Assembly: GCA_030390025.1 (NCBI GenBank)
Contig: CM059432.1
Coordinates: 146,942,001 to 147,006,000 of the forward strand
Direction: 5' to 3'
From: Squalus acanthias
Lineage: Eukaryota
Length of the DNA: 64,000 bases
Positions 37,771 through 49,939 of the stretch are shown piece by piece. Made by a program: the position numbers and the translations under genes. How positions within the stretch are numbered: the stretch's first letter is position 1; every line of letters starts with the position of its first letter. The notes under the pieces are model-generated. The model was not told the DNA's origin. It searched no databases and worked only from the letters and a program-made list of their open reading frames with translations.

Positions 37771-37887
37771 ATCAGAAAATGAGATTGTTTTTAAGCAATT
37801 GTCTTCATGCATCGTGCTTTATTGATGGTGGTTCTACAATCCTACTGCACCAGGATGTGTGGGTTGGCGAATCAGGGTGTAATGTTA

Positions 37888-40117
37888 TCACAGAATCATA
37901 GAATCATAGAATAGTACAGCACAGAAGGAGGCCATTTGTCCCGTTAAGTCTGTGCCAGCTCTTTCGAGGTGCAATCCAGTTAGTCCCATTCTCCCACTCT
38001 TTCCCATGTCCCTGCAATTTTCTCTCTTCAAGTATTTCTCCAATTCACTTTTGAAGGTTACTATTGAATCTGTATCCACCGCCCTATCAGGTACTCCATT
38101 CCAAATCCTAACCACTTGTTGCGTACATTTTTTTTTTCCTTATGTCGCCTGTGGTTCTTTTGCCAATCACCTTTATATCTGTGTCCTCTCGTCATTGACC
38201 CTTCAGCCTCTGGAAACAGTTTCTCTTTATTCACTCTATCTGAACCCTTCATGATTTTCAGCACCTCTATCAAATCTCCTCTTAGCCTTTTCTGCTCTTA
38301 GGAGAACAACCCCAGCTTCTCTAGTCTATCCACATAACTGTAATCCCGCACCCCTGGAACCATTCTAGTAAATCTCTTCTGCACCCTCTCTAAAGCCTTC
38401 ATGTCCTTCCTAAAGTGCGGTGCCCAGAATTGGACTCAACACTCCAGCTGGGGCCGAACTAGTGCTTTATACAGGTTTAGCATAACTTCCTGACTGTTGT
38501 ACTCTAGGCCTCTATTTATAAAACCCAGAATCCCATGTGCTTTATTAACTGCTTTGTTAACCTGTCCTGCCACCTTCAAAGATTTGTGCACAAGCACCCC
38601 CAGGTCTTTCTGTTCTTGCACCTCATTTAAAATTGTACCGTTTAGTGTGTACTGTCTCTCCTCATTCTTCCTACCAAAATGTATCACCTCACACTTCTCC
38701 GCGGTGAATTTCATCATCCATGTGTCTGTCCATTCCACCAGCCTGTCTATGTCTTCATGAAGTCTATTACTATCTTCCTCACTGTTTACCACACTTCCAA
38801 GTTTCATTTCATCTGCAAATTTCAAAATTGTACCCTGTACCCCCCAAATCCAAGTCATTAATGTATATCAAAAACAGCAGTGGTCCCAGTACTGAACCCT
38901 GGAGAAACTCCACTGTATACCTCCCTCCAGTCCGAAAAACAGCCATTCACCACAACTCTCTGTTTTCTATCCCTTAGCCAAATTTGTATCCATGCTGCTA
39001 CTGCCCCTTTTATCCCATGGGCTTCAATTTTGCTAACAAGTCTAGTATGTGGTACTTTATCAAACACCTTTTGAAAGTCCGTGTACACAACATCAACTAC
39101 ACTGCCCTCATCCACCTTCTCTGTTACCTCATCAAAAAACTCAATTAAGTTAATCAAACTCGATTTGTCCTTAACAAATCCATTCTGATTCTCCTTTTTT
39201 AGTCCATGCTTGTCCAAGTGGCTGTAAATTTTCTCCCGGATTATTGTTTCTAAAAGCTTCCCCACCACCGACGTTAAACTGACTGGCCTGTAATTGCCAG
39301 GTTTATCCTTCTCCCCTTTTTTGAACAAGGGTGTAACATTTGCAATGCTCCAGTCCTTTGGCACCACCCCAGTATCTAAGGAGGATTGGAAGATTGTGGC
39401 CAGCACCTCTGCAATTTCTACCCTGACTTCCCTCAGCAACCTAGGATACATCCCATCCGGACCGGGTGACTTATCCACTTTAATTACCACCAGCCTGTCT
39501 AGCACTTCCTCTTTATCTATTTTTATCTCATCCAGTATCCCAGCAACCTCCTCATTTACCATAGTTTTGGCAAAGTCCTCTTCCTTGGTAAACAGCGATG
39601 CAAAGTATTCATTTAGTACCTCAGCCATGTCTTCTGTCTCCACCAATAGATCTCTATTTTGGTCTCTAATCGGCCTCACTGCTCCTCTGACAACCCTTTT
39701 ACTGTTAATATGCCTATAGACACCTTTGGATTCCCTTTTATGTTAGCTGCCAGTCTATTCCCTTACTACCTCTTTGCCCCTCTTTTTTCCTTTTCCACGT
39801 CTCCTCTGTACTTTTTATATTCAGCCTGATTAACCCTTGTGTTATCCAGCTGACATCTGTCATACGCCCCCTTTATCTTCTTCATCCTACTCTCCAACTC
39901 CTTCATCATCCAGGGAGCTCTGGCTCTGGTTGCCCTCCCTTTCCCCCTTATAGGAATGTACCTGGACTGTACCCGAACCACCTCCTCTTTAAAGGCCGCC
40001 CACTACCCTATTATATTTCTACCTGCCAGTCTTTGACTCCAATGTACCTGGGCCAGATCCTTCCTCAATTCGCTGAGATTAGCCCTCCTCCAGTTAAGTA
40101 TTTTTATTCTAGATTGC
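37888..40117 (-). mobile_element. CR1 LINE ORF2 (RT), same subfamily as 22105-24510
   Basis: ORFs 38858-39679 (KSPGPDG, NYRPVSLTSVVGK, DFQKVFDKVPH) and 38436-38858 (FADE); (agaatcat)n tail. Confidence 0.93.
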
Positions 40118-40449
40118 AGTCCTATCTCCAACCCACACGCCATTGCCTGCGCTGCTCCCTGCAGACAACGCGAGAACGCAGAGTCAGCCCTTGCGAAAGC
40201 TATTGCAGCAGGAAAATCTGGTGCCAAGAAATCTCAGTAGAATTAAAAATTCTACAGGAATTACAACACTGTGGTAACATGACATCATGAAGAAGCTCAA
40301 TCATTTTCTGGGTGATAAACAATACAAAGCTTTTTATGTTGAAAACATGTACTTTAAATAGAAAATGTCACGACCACCCATGTGATAGGATAAACAACTC
40401 TACCGATGATGTTGATTATAAGGTTCACTTCTGGAGATAATTTATCAAA

Positions 40450-40795
40450 TTCTTCTTCGTCTCAGGCAGTCCCTCGGAACCGAGGATGACTTGCTTCCAC
40501 ATTAAAAATGAGTTCTCGGGTGACTGATGAGTCCAATGCGGGACCTACAGTCTCTATCACAGGTGGGGCAGACGGTGGTTGAAGGGGCGGGTGGTTTGGG
40601 GTGCTTGGGTTGACGTGCACTCCTTGCGCTGCTTGCGCTTGGCTTCCGCTTGATCCCGGCGAAGAGGCACGAGGTGTTCGGCACCTTCCCGGATGCTTCT
40701 CCTCCACTTTGTGCGGTCTCTTGGGGCCAGGGATTCCCAGGTGTCGGTGGGGATGTTGCACTTTTTCAAGGAGGCTTTGAGGGTGTCCTTGAAGC
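40450..40795 (-). mobile_element. RTE-clade (BovB-like) LINE 3' end
   Basis: KDTLKASLKKCNIPTDTWESLA..DRTKWRRSIREG; C2H2 finger CPTCDRDCRSRIGLISHPRTH; (gaa)n tail. Confidence 0.85.
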
Positions 40796-40954
40796 CATAT
40801 AGAAACATGAACCTATGTAAAATTGCCTCTACTTTTAAAAGTTTTGGATGGAAGCCACATGATCTATTGTTTCTAAATCCTATCTCCTAATATGTCTTTT
40901 CCTCCTCAGCCGTGTGGAGTTTTAGGTAATATAACAGTTTTTGTTTGGGTCTAG

Positions 40955-41068
40955 GTTGCGATTTTTGGTCAAACAGTTGGAACGAGGTGAAGCATCAGTC
41001 GTGGAACTGAAGAAGAATTTGGAGTATGCAGCTTCCGTACTTGAGACAGTCTACATTGACGAGACGCG
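40955..41068 (+). CDS. PDE1C: PDE1C-like phosphodiesterase coding exon (N-terminal regulatory region)
   Basis: tttgggtctAG acceptor, GTatgt donor, 114 bp, phase 2/2. Translates (R)LRFLVKQLERGEASVVELKKNLEYAASVLETVYIDET(R), matching recalled PDE1C LRSLVKQLERGEASVVDLKKNLEYAA. Not in the ORF track. Confidence 0.92.
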
Positions 41069-41382
41069 GTATGTATAACAACCGCTTACACAGCGACCGA
41101 TACCTTTCATTTGTGCTTGACTCCAGGCATGCTGTCAAGAAAATCAGTATCCCTCTGTCTATTTTTCGAATAATTTGATAGTAATTTTTGTTACCGTGTT
41201 CCCTGGTTAACAAACAGATGCATTACATTAGCCGCAGACGTGCAATCTTCCCACATCCACCTACTGCAATGACTGTCTAAATAATATGTCCGAATTCTTG
41301 CGTATCATATAATTTCCTGTAAATGCCACACTTACTTCCTACCACACTTTAGCTCTCATTTGGCAGACGTCACACTTTAGAT

Positions 41383-41675
41383 CCGGGGTTCTCAACCTTT
41401 TTGCTTCTGAGGCCCCCCTCCCACGTCATTAAAAATTCCACTGACTCCCTGTAACACACAACACAAGTATTTTTTTCTGTATAAAAATGAGTTATGCAAT
41501 TAAACATATATATATCTATTATTATTATTGTTTTACTTACTTAATGTGAAACTTGTTGCTGATGCTGAGCAAGAATTCTGTCAAGGCGTGGAGGTATCTT
41601 CGACAAGTAGGCCCCCCACCGTCACCAGAGCGACCTGACCGGGAGGGAGACCCTCCACAAGGCTGAGAAGGTTGG
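41383..41675 (-). mobile_element. hAT/Charlie (Buster-like) transposon end
   Basis: TIR CCGGGGTTCTCAACCTTTT after 8-bp ctttagat (central TA). Minus strand 41606-41541 reads LSKIPPRLDRILAQHQQQVSH*, the typical Charlie/Buster C-terminus. Confidence 0.75.
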
Positions 41676-42295
41676 CAGAACAATTGCTGCTTTTTCAACA
41701 AAAAGAAGATTCGAACAGAAAGGAGAGCACTTTATAAAAGTTTGCAAGGTTTGCACTGGGATTGTTAGTACAAACTTTTTTCCAGGTGCCAACAGAGATT
41801 CCATGTAAACTTACCCGACTTTGGCCTCTTTCGCAGTACAATAACAATTTTAAGACGAAGCTTTTGCTTGAGAAAAAAAATCTGCATTTTACAGACAATA
41901 ACCTTTATGCAAAGAGGAAGTACATTATAACTCTCCTTCCCACTCAAATTTCCCTCCTACTCGTTCCAATCTAAATTAGCAATAGTGTGCCGCGATATAG
42001 TTGAGACTGGAATATAGGTTTTTTTTTAGCTTTGAATACATCCCGCCAAAAAAAAATCACCTGATAAACAAAGCCTTATTTTGGAAATTCTGAAAGTCAG
42101 TGGCTCGATTGTTGTTACCGTCATTGTTGCTGTGGTATCTAGGATACCACACAGTGGAATCTGGGGGAGGCCCAATATCTCAACTGTTGCATCTCCGTTT
42201 ACATGACACTAGGCCTGTGTGTCCTTGTCAGCAGCACCAACAAATCCCATATGACTGGTATTATGACATTACACACAGAAGAGTGCTGGTTCCAA

Positions 42296-45200
42296 GAACA
42301 TAAGAACATAAGAAATAGGAGCAGGAGTTGGTCATTTGGCCCCTCGAGCCTGCTCCACCATTCAATAAGATCATGGCTGATCTTCTACCTCATCTCCACT
42401 TTCCTGCACTATCCCCATATCCCTTGATTCCCTTAATATTCAAAAATCTATCGATCTCTGTCTTGAATATACTCAACGACTGAGCCTCCACAACCCTCTG
42501 GGGTAGAGAATTCTAAAGATTCACCACCCTCTGAGTGAAGAAATTTCTCCTCATCTCAGTCCTAAATGGCCGACCCCTTATTCTGGGACTGTGACCTCTG
42601 GTTCTAGACTCCCCAGCCAGGGGAAACATCCTCCCTGCATCTACCTTGTCAAGCCCGGTAAGAATTTTGTATGTTTCAATGAGATCACCTCTCATTCTTC
42701 TAAACTCTAGTAGGTCTAGTCTACCCAATCTGTCCTCATAGAACAATCCCCCCATCCCAGGAACCAGTCTGGTGAACCTTCGTTGCACTCCCTCTATGGC
42801 AGGTATATTCTTCCTTAGGTAAGGAGACCAAAACTGTACACAATACTCCAGCTGTGGTCTCACCAAGGCCCTATATAATTGCATAAAGACGTCTTTACTC
42901 TTATACTCAAATCCTCTTGTAATAAAGGCCAACATACCATTTGCTTTCCTAATTGCTTGCTGTACCTGCATGTTAACTTACAGTGATTCGTGTACAAGGA
43001 CACCCAGGTCCCTCTTAACACCAACATTTCCCAATCTCTCAGCATTTAAAAAATACTCTGCTTTTCTGTTTTTCCTACCAAAGTGGATAACTTCACATTT
43101 CTCCACATTATATTCCATTTGCCATGTTCTTGCCCACTCACTTAGCCTGTCTATAGGCCCTTGAAGCCTCCTTGCATCCTCCGCACAAATTACATTCCCA
43201 CCCAGCTTTGTATCATCAGCAAACTTGGATATATTACATTTGGACCCCTCATCTAAATCATTGATGTAGATTGTGAATAGCTGAGACCCAAGCACTGATC
43301 CTTGCGGTACCCCACTAGTTACAGCCTGCCAACCCGAAAATGACACGTTTATTCCTACTCTCTGTTTTCTGTCCGTTAACCAATCCTCAATCCATGCTAG
43401 TATATTACCCCCATCCCATGAGCCCTAATTTTGTTTAATAACCTCTTGTGTGGCACCTTATCAAATGCCTTCTGAAAATCCAAATACACCACATCCACTG
43501 GTCCCCCCTTATCTATTCTGCTAGTTACAACCTCAGAAAATTCTAACAGATTTGTCAAACACCATTTCCCTTTCATAAATCCATGTTGACTCTGCCCAAT
43601 CCTATTATTATTTTCTAAGTGCCCTGTTACCACGTCCTTAATAATAGATTCTAGCATTTTCCCTACAGGTCAGGCTAACTGGTCTGTAGTTCCCCATTTT
43701 CTCTCTCCCTCCTTTCTTAAATAGTGGGGTTACATTTGCTACCTTCCAATCCACGGGAACCATTCTAGAATCTATGGAATTTTGGAAAATGACAACCAAT
43801 GCATCCACTATCTCTATAGCCACCTCTTTCAAAACCCTAGGATGTCGGCCATCAGTCCAAGGGATTTATTGGCTTTCAGTCCCATTAATTTCTCCAGTAC
43901 TACTTTTTTACTAATACTAATTTCTTTCAGTTCCTCATTCTCGCTAGACCCTTGTTGTCCACAATTTCTGGGAGGTTTTTTGCGTCTTCTTCCGTGAAGA
44001 CAGACACAAAGTATTTTTTTAATTTCTCTGCCATTTCCTTATTCCCCATTATAATTTTTCCTGTCTCAGCCTGTAAGAGACCCACATTTACTTTTGCTAA
44101 TCTTTTCCTTTTTACATACCTATAGAAGCTTTTACAGTCTGTTTTTATGTCTCTCGCTAGTTTACTCTCATATTCTATTTTCCCTTTCTTTTTAAATTTC
44201 TTGGTCCTCCTTTGCTGAATTCCAAAATCCTCCCAATCCTCAGGCTTACTACTCTTTTTGGCAGCATTATAAGCCTCTTCCTTTGATCTAATACTATCTT
44301 TAACTTCTCTTGTTAGCCACGGTTGGACCACTTTTCCTGTGGGGTTTTTGTGCCTTCAAGGAATGTACATTTGTTGTAAATTATGTATTAATTCTTTAAA
44401 TGCTAGCCATTGCTCGTCCACTGTCATACCTTTTAACGTAGTTTCCCAATCTACCTCAGTCAACTCGCCCCTCATACCTACGTAGTTTGCTTTGTTTAGA
44501 TTTAAGACCCTAGTTTCGGATTTAACTAAGTCACTTTCAAACGCAATATAAAATTCTATCATATTATGGTCACTCTTCCCTGAAGGCCCCTTTACTACAA
44601 GGTTATTAATTAACCCTTTCTCGTTGCACAATACTAGATCTAAAATAGCCTGTTCCGTATTTGGTTCCTCAACATACTGATCTAGAAAACTATCTTGCAT
44701 ACATTCCATCAATTTGTCCTCCACACTATTACTGCAAATTTGGTTTGCCCAGTCTATATGTAGATTAAAGTCCCCCATGATTACTGTATTACCCTTGATA
44801 CATGCACCTCTAATTTTCTGATTTATACTCTGCCCTACATTACAACTTCTGTTTGGGGGCCTATAAACAACTCCCACCAATGTTTTCTGTCCCTTGCTGT
44901 TTCTTAGCTGCACCCAAACTTCTTGATTTTCTGAGCTAAGATCCTTTTCTCCACTGTCTTTATCCCATCCATTATTATCAGGGCTACCCTTCCTCTTTTT
45001 CCATTTTGACTATCCCTTCTAAAAGTTATCCTGGAATATTTAGTTCCCAACCTTGGCTACTTTGCAACCCTGGGCTGGATTTTGATACTGGGGTGGGTTG
45101 GGGTCGTGTCATCCGCATTTCGTGTTATCCACCCGACTGCAATTGGATGTGGAGATTGATGCAATTTTGACTTAATTGGGCAATTGAGTTCCAGCATGAG

Positions 45201-47330
45201 GGAACCCATGAACCATTTAGTGTTTTCAGTCTGAAAGTCGCCTCTGATGATGTCATCATTGCTGCTGCATTGCAGGTCAGAGACTGCCTGGCCTCTGCTG
45301 TGAGAGGACCTGGATGCAAAATGACCAGAGAGAGAGAGAGAGAGAGAACTTTTTTTGCATCCAGGTCCTCTCACAGCAAAGGCCAGGCAGTCTCTGAAGA
45401 CATTCAATGCAGCAGCATCAGAGGCGACTTTCAGACCTAATACTACTACTACCTTCATCACATCTCTGTTGTAATAGTGGACCTGCAGCTGATAGTCAGC
45501 TATCCACTTGTGCTCCCGCCAGGTTTCACTGGCGTGTTTCACATCAGGCGTGCTTCACGTCGGAAAAGGGTTAAACTAGCTAAAATGTTTCAAAATGGCA
45601 TTACAGAGCCAATTTAGGGCTTGTTAAGGGCTTTAATGGCCTCTCCCGCCTCTTGGAGGCGGGACGGAGTCAGGAACACCGCACACGATTTTATCAAAAT
45701 TGCGTGGAGGTGGAATGGAGGCGGGATCAGATCCGCCCACCACTTTTCGCAATTTTAACCCCCCACACGCCTCCAAACCCGCCTTCATGGCCCTATGAAA
45801 ATCCAGCCCCACGTCTCTGTTATGGCTGTTAGATCAAACCTGTTAATTTCTATCTGCGCTATTAATTCATCTATTTTGTTGCGAATGCTTCGTACATTCA
45901 GATATAGTGCCTTTAGCTTTGAGTTATTTCTATTTTTCCCTGATGTCACCTTAGTCACTGATGCCTTATTACCTTTGTTACTCTCTCTGTCCCTTCCTGA
46001 CCCACTCTATTTATTTTTACCCAAAACTTTACTGTGCACTAGAGCCTTGACATTTCTCTCACTGCTTTTAAATTTACTTTTTCCTGAATCCTCCCACCTC
46101 CCCCTTCATTAGTTTAAAGCCCTGTCTACTGCCTGAGTTATTTGGTTTGCCAGGACACTGGTCCCAGCCCGGTTTAAGTGGAGCCCGTCCCAACGGAACA
46201 GCTCCCTCTTTCCCCAGTACTGGTGCCAGTGCCCCATGAACCGAAACCCCCTTCCTCCCACACCACTCTGAGCCACGCATTTAAACCTCTAATCTGTTTG
46301 TCGCTATGCCAATTTGCGCGTGGCTCAGGTAACAATCCAGCGATTATTTCCTTTGAGGTTCTGCTTTTTAATTTGGATCCTAGCTCCTCAAACTCCCTCA
46401 GCAGAACCTCATTCCTAGTTCTACCTGTCATTGATTCCTACATGGACCACGACAACTGGATCCTCCCCCTCCCACTCCAAGTTCTTCTCCAACCGCGAGG
46501 AGATGTCTTTAACCCTGGCACCAGGCAGGCAACACAACCTTCAGAACTCTCGGTCGCAGCTGCAGAGAACAGTATCTATCCCCCTGTCTATACTGTCCCC
46601 TATCACAACTACATTCCCTTTCACTCCCCCCACTTGAATGGCCTCCTGCACCGTGGTGCCATGATCAGCTTGCTCATCCATCCTGCAGGCTTTTCCCTCA
46701 CCCACACAGGCAGCAAGAACCTCATTCCTGTTGGACAAGGGCAAAGGCTGAGGCTCCTCCTGCACTGCACCTGGGCTCCTCTTACCTGCCTGAGTCACAG
46801 TCACACCCTCCTGTCCCGGACCATTAACCAGACCTGTACCACTACCTAACCTAAGGTGTGTGACTGCCTCCTGATCAAAGTGTCCAGGTAACTCTCCCCA
46901 TCCCTGATGCCCCGCAATATCTGTACCTCAGACTCCAGCTCAAAAACTCTGAGCTGATGTTCCTCAAGATGCAGGCACTTCCTGCAAACGTGGTTGTCCG
47001 GGATCACAATGCTCCACAAACTCCCACATGCTGCAGTTGTGGCACACCACCTGCACTGCCATCCCTATATGACCTTGATTTATTTAATGAAATTTAATTA
47101 AATTTGTAATTCGGTAACTTAGTTTACAGTGTAGTTTCCTGACTACTTACTTGATCTAGATTAAGTTAAGGGTACTGAAATTAAATATCTACCTGTAACA
47201 CAAAGCACTACAAGTAGTGTAGGCAAAAAGCAGCAACTCCTTCCCCCTCTTCTCCGAATTCCCACTCTTTCCAAATTCCCAACCAAAGCACTCTGCTCAA
47301 GTCCATTCCGTTTAATCCCGCTCTGTGCAG
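42296..47330 (-). mobile_element. Near full-length decayed CR1 LINE (5'UTR, ORF1 esterase, ORF2 EN-RT, tail)
   Basis: ORF1 VVVIGDSIDRGIDTVLC (46541-46804); EN GVVYRPP/MGDFNLH/SDHNMI (44356-44913); [18 protein letters not shown] (42978-43346); (aacataag)n tail; several frameshifts. Confidence 0.92.
45072..45809. mobile_element. Harbinger-type MITE, inverted copy of 10004-10686
   Basis: TIRs GGGCTGGATTTT ... AAAATCCAGCCC; internal tandem duplication plus (ga)n; splits the CR1 EN domain. Confidence 0.82.
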
Positions 47331-48304
47331 ACCACTCAATGAGTCTCTAGTATGCAGGAAATGATGAACCTTGGACCTATCAAGATGTTTTAGCCGGAGA
47401 TGCGTGAGCATTGCAGCTACCGTATGGCAGAAAAACAGATTCAGTGCTGACTCTCCTTTCTCAAATCTTGCTTCCTCAAATTCCCATTGGACCAGCTCAG
47501 CTGTCACTCACAGGGCATTGCCCGCCCATCATGCTCTTGATTCTCGCCATTGGTTGGTCGCGTCCAGCGTTTCGCTCGCGTCAACTGGGACGTAAACGGC
47601 TTAAGGTTATGACCTGAGGAAACAGCAACGGTTGGGGCGTGGAATCTGGTGCTCGACTGACTGAGATCGGACTGGCATCGCTGTAAGTTATTCCGCCCGG
47701 CCCTGAGGAATTTTACAAATAACTTCCAGTGGGTCCAGAGCAGGTTTCTGATTGACAGAATGGAATCAGCGACTGCTGGGAATCTGAAATTAGAAGATGC
47801 GCAGCCGGTTGGCCAGAAAGATTCGGCTTTCGTAGTGGTGGTGGAGTAGTTGGTCTCTGCCTTGAAAGCTTCTCCCGGACCCGGGTGAGAACCTTTGCTT
47901 TAGATCGTTCTCTCATTGACTGTAAGCAGTGTCGGTGGGAGATTTGCTAGTTAGTCAAGTTGAGCTCAATGTATTACTTGGACACATATTAATTTTAGCC
48001 TATACAGTTGGCCTTTAGGGCACTGATTCATTGTCAGCTTTAACCAGATATTGGGAATTTTTCTTCGCTGCCTATATTCAGTACAGTACAATTTCACCCA
48101 ACTTTCCTGATAGGCCCATCTGATACTGCTTCCTACATGCCATTTGCTTGCACTTTCCATGTATGTTGGTGATATATCCAATAATAGATAATAGATTTTT
48201 TTATAGCTGCGTTATTTTTTCCATTTAATTTGCCGATAGGAGTTTTAACTGGTTTATTTAACAGAGATTTAAATTGTTATATACTGTTGAAGATCAGGAG
48301 GAGG

Positions 48305-49860
48305 ACATTGGCTTCTTCCTTGAACAGAGGCCCAACCAGTTCCCATCCACCACCACCCTCCTCCGCCTGGCTGAACTTGTTCTCACATTGAACAACTTCT
48401 CCTTTGACTCCACTCATTTCCTCCAAATTAAAGGTGTTGCTATGGGAACCCGCATGGGTCCTAGCTATGCCTGCCTGTTCATGGGATATGTGGAACATTC
48501 TTTGTTCCAGTCCTACTCAGGTCCCCTCCCTCACCTCTTTTTCTGTACATTGATAATTGTATCGGTGCCGTTTCCCGCTCTCACCCTGAACTAGAAAATT
48601 TCATTCACTTTGCTTCCAATTTCCACCCTTCCCTCACCTTCACACGGTCCATCTCTGACTCTCCCCTCCCTTCCTCGACTTCTCTGTCTCCATTTCTGGG
48701 GATAGGCTATTGACAAACATTCACTACAAGCCCACTGACTCCCACAGCTACCTGGACTACACGTTCTCCCACCCCGCTTCCTGTAAGGACTCTATTCCAT
48801 TCTCCCAGTTTCTCCGTCTCTGCCGCATCTGTTCTGACGATGCCACCTTCCATACTAGTGCTTCCGACATGTCTTCCTTTTTCCTCAACCGAGGATTCCC
48901 CTCTACCGTGGTTGACATGGCCCTCGATCGTGTCCATTCCATTTCCCACACTTCTGCCCTCACCCCTTCCTTCCCTCCTAAAACCACGATAGGGTTCCCC
49001 TTGTCCTCACCTTTCACCCCACCAGCCTCCACATTCAACGGATCATCCTCTGCCATTTCTGCCACCTCCAGCGTGATCCCATCACCAAACACATCTTCCC
49101 CTCACCTCCCCTTTCAGCATTCCGAAGGGAACGCTCCCTCCGCAACACCCTGGTCCACTCCTCAATCACCCCCAACAGCCCTTCCCCTTCGCCCGGCACC
49201 TTCCTGTGCAAGCGCAGGAGATATAACACCTGCCCTTTTACCTCCTCCCTTCCCACTGTCCAGGGCCCCAAACAGTGATTTACTTGTACTTCTTGCAATT
49301 TAGTATACTGTGTTCACTCCTCTACATTGAGGAGACCAAATGCAGATTGGATGACCGCTTTGCAGAACACCTCCATTCAGTCTGTAAGGGTGACCCCGCG
49401 CTTCCGGTCGCCTGTCACTTTAATTCTCCGCTCCACTCCCACTCTGACCTCTCCGTCCTCAGCCTCTTACACTGCTCCAATGAAGCTCAACACAAGCTCG
49501 AGGAACAGCACCTCATCTTTCGATTAGGCACTTTACAGCCTTCTGGACTCAACATTGAGTTCAACAATTTCAGACCATAACCCCTGCCCCCATTTTTTCA
49601 GGCGGCAGCTGTTGATGATTCTGCCATCCCCATTTGCAACATTTAATCTCTCCTGCCTTCCACCCTAGCACAGACCGTCCCTTTTGTTCTTTCCTCCCCT
49701 CCCCTCACTCCCTGCCCCTACACTTGCTTAAAAGCCTGTTACATCTCCAGCTTTTTCCAGTTCTGACGAAGGGTCACAGACCTGAAACGTTGACTCTGTT
49801 TCTCTCTCCGTGGATGCTGCCTGGCCTGCTGAGTGTTTCCAGCACTTGTTGTTATTTGGC
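48305..49860 (+). mobile_element. Penelope-like element family 1 (RT C-half, GIY-YIG endonuclease, pLTR)
   Basis: FLQIKGVAMGTRMGPSYACLFMGYVE; IHYKPTDSHSYLDY..SHP..CKDSIPFSQFLRL; LYIEETKCRLDDRFAEH...GTLQPSGLNIEFNNF*; frameshifted. Confidence 0.92.
49759..49795 (+). ncRNA. Minimal type-I hammerhead ribozyme motif (PLE family 1)
   Basis: AGTT-CTGACGA-ag GGTC aca GACC t-GAAAC GTT-GACT; palindromic AACGTT stem III. Confidence 0.7.
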
Positions 49861-49939
49861 TTTTTTCTTGTTGGAGAGGGTAATTACTTCACACTTATTT
49901 GGCACAAATGTAACAGCCCACTAGTCAGTCCAAGCCTGT

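Noticed and set aside
22105..40117. Segmental duplication or LTR pair (22105-24510 vs 37888-40117; 1728-2290 vs 34328-34887)
   Set aside because: Similarity is confined to the LINE bodies, starts at their 3' tails, and the flanks are unrelated: independent insertions of the same subfamily.
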